Source: Candidatus Dormiibacterota bacterium
GTDB lineage: Bacteria; Chloroflexota; Dormibacteria; Aeolococcales; Aeolococcaceae
Assembly: GCA_963708605.1 (NCBI GenBank)
Contig: CAVPTG010000004.1
Location: 250,900-314,899, forward strand
Length of the DNA stretch: 64,000 nucleotides
Direction of reading: 5' to 3'
Shown piece after piece: positions 63,629 through 64,000 of this stretch. The notes below the pieces were generated by a model. The model was given only the letters and a program-made list of their open reading frames with translations, was not told the origin of the DNA and did not search any database. Position numbers and translations under genes: made by a program. Numbering within the stretch: position 1 is the first letter of the stretch; each line of letters begins with the position of its first letter.

Positions 63629-64000
63629 CCACGCACGGGAGGCTGATCGTGCTGACCGGGCCGAGCGGCGTCGGCAAGGACACCGTGCTGCGCGAGCTGT
63701 TCGACATCGACCCGCTGCTCGACTACTGCGTCTCGTACACGACCCGCCCACCGCGTCCGGGCGAGATCGAGGGGGTCTCGTATTACTTCATCGATGAGCC
63801 GGAGTTCCGGGCGATGATCGATCGCGGGGAGTTCTTCGAGTGGTCGACCGTGTATGGCGAGCTCAAGGGCCGGACGTTCGAGACCGTGAACAGGTCGATC
63901 GCCTCGGGGAAGGACACGGTCATCAAGATCGACGTCCAGGGCGCCGAGAAGGTGCGCGCCCGCATCGGCGGCGAGGGGATCTACATCTTCTTGCTTCCCC
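63625..64000 (+). CDS. gmk: Guanylate kinase, truncated by window edge
   Basis: LIVLTGPSGVGK, SYTTRPPRPGEIEGVSYYF, EWSTVYG..KG, IDVQGA. Confidence 0.92.
   Translation, partial: MTTHGRLIVLTGPSGVGKDTVLRELFDIDPLLDYCVSYTTRPPRPGEIEGVSYYFIDEPEFRAMIDRGEFFEWSTVYGELKGRTFETVNRSIASGKDTVIKIDVQGAEKVRARIGGEGIYIFLLP

Noticed and set aside
1-64000. Prophage, IS element, integron, tRNA or rRNA
   Set aside because: No integrase, transposase or phage structural motifs, no terminal inverted repeats with target duplications, no tRNA cloverleaf or rRNA signature, and no large compositional shift were seen by eye.

Overview
A GC-rich (about 70% by eye) bacterial chromosomal segment that is mostly core genome. Left arm (1-37 kb): a Zn/Mn ABC importer with a Fur/Zur-type operator; msrA; a WYL-regulator-msrB-recQ operon placed back-to-back with an operon of a small putative clamp-binding protein, a TM0106 nuclease-helicase and a DinB/TPR protein; several hydrolases; MFS and ABC-2 exporters; a glutaredoxin-TrxR fusion operon; NUDIX proteins; a PLD-family protein; Lon with a long insertion; trpD-Zn ribbon-rnhA; RNase P RNA; pepE. 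Right arm (37-64 kb): a division/cell-wall (dcw) cluster, mraZ-rsmH-ftsL-ftsI-mraY-murD-ftsW-murG-(Mpl-like ligase)-murB-ddl-(alpha/beta hydrolase)-murF-ftsQ, then an inserted metF/oxidoreductase pair and a structured non-coding region, then ftsA-ftsZ-nrdR-yggS-ileS-lspA-RluA-family-gmk. No rRNA, tRNA, CRISPR array, integrase or transposase was seen. Main observations: (1) 11 single-base insertions break ten otherwise intact genes, several of them essential, and 9 of the 11 sit inside a GANTC site. This looks like methylation-driven long-read miscalling and implies a CcrM/HinfI-like m6A methylome. (2) An unassigned, promoter-driven, multi-stem RNA candidate lies upstream of ftsA. (3) An Mpl-type ligase occupies the murC slot, murE is absent from the cluster, and a ddl-hydrolase-membrane-anchored MurF triad is present. 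(4) A putative DNA-damage island is built around WYL/RecQ and a Dna2-like nuclease-helicase. (5) IleRS2 carries the non-canonical GxHH motif. (6) Leaderless TANNNT-N6-8-start promoters are pervasive. The combination of high GC, Actinobacteria-like accessory genes and ftsA suggests a non-actinobacterial soil Terrabacteria lineage such as Ca. Dormibacterota or a Chloroflexota relative; this is inference only. All calls come from reading motifs by eye, with no database searches.
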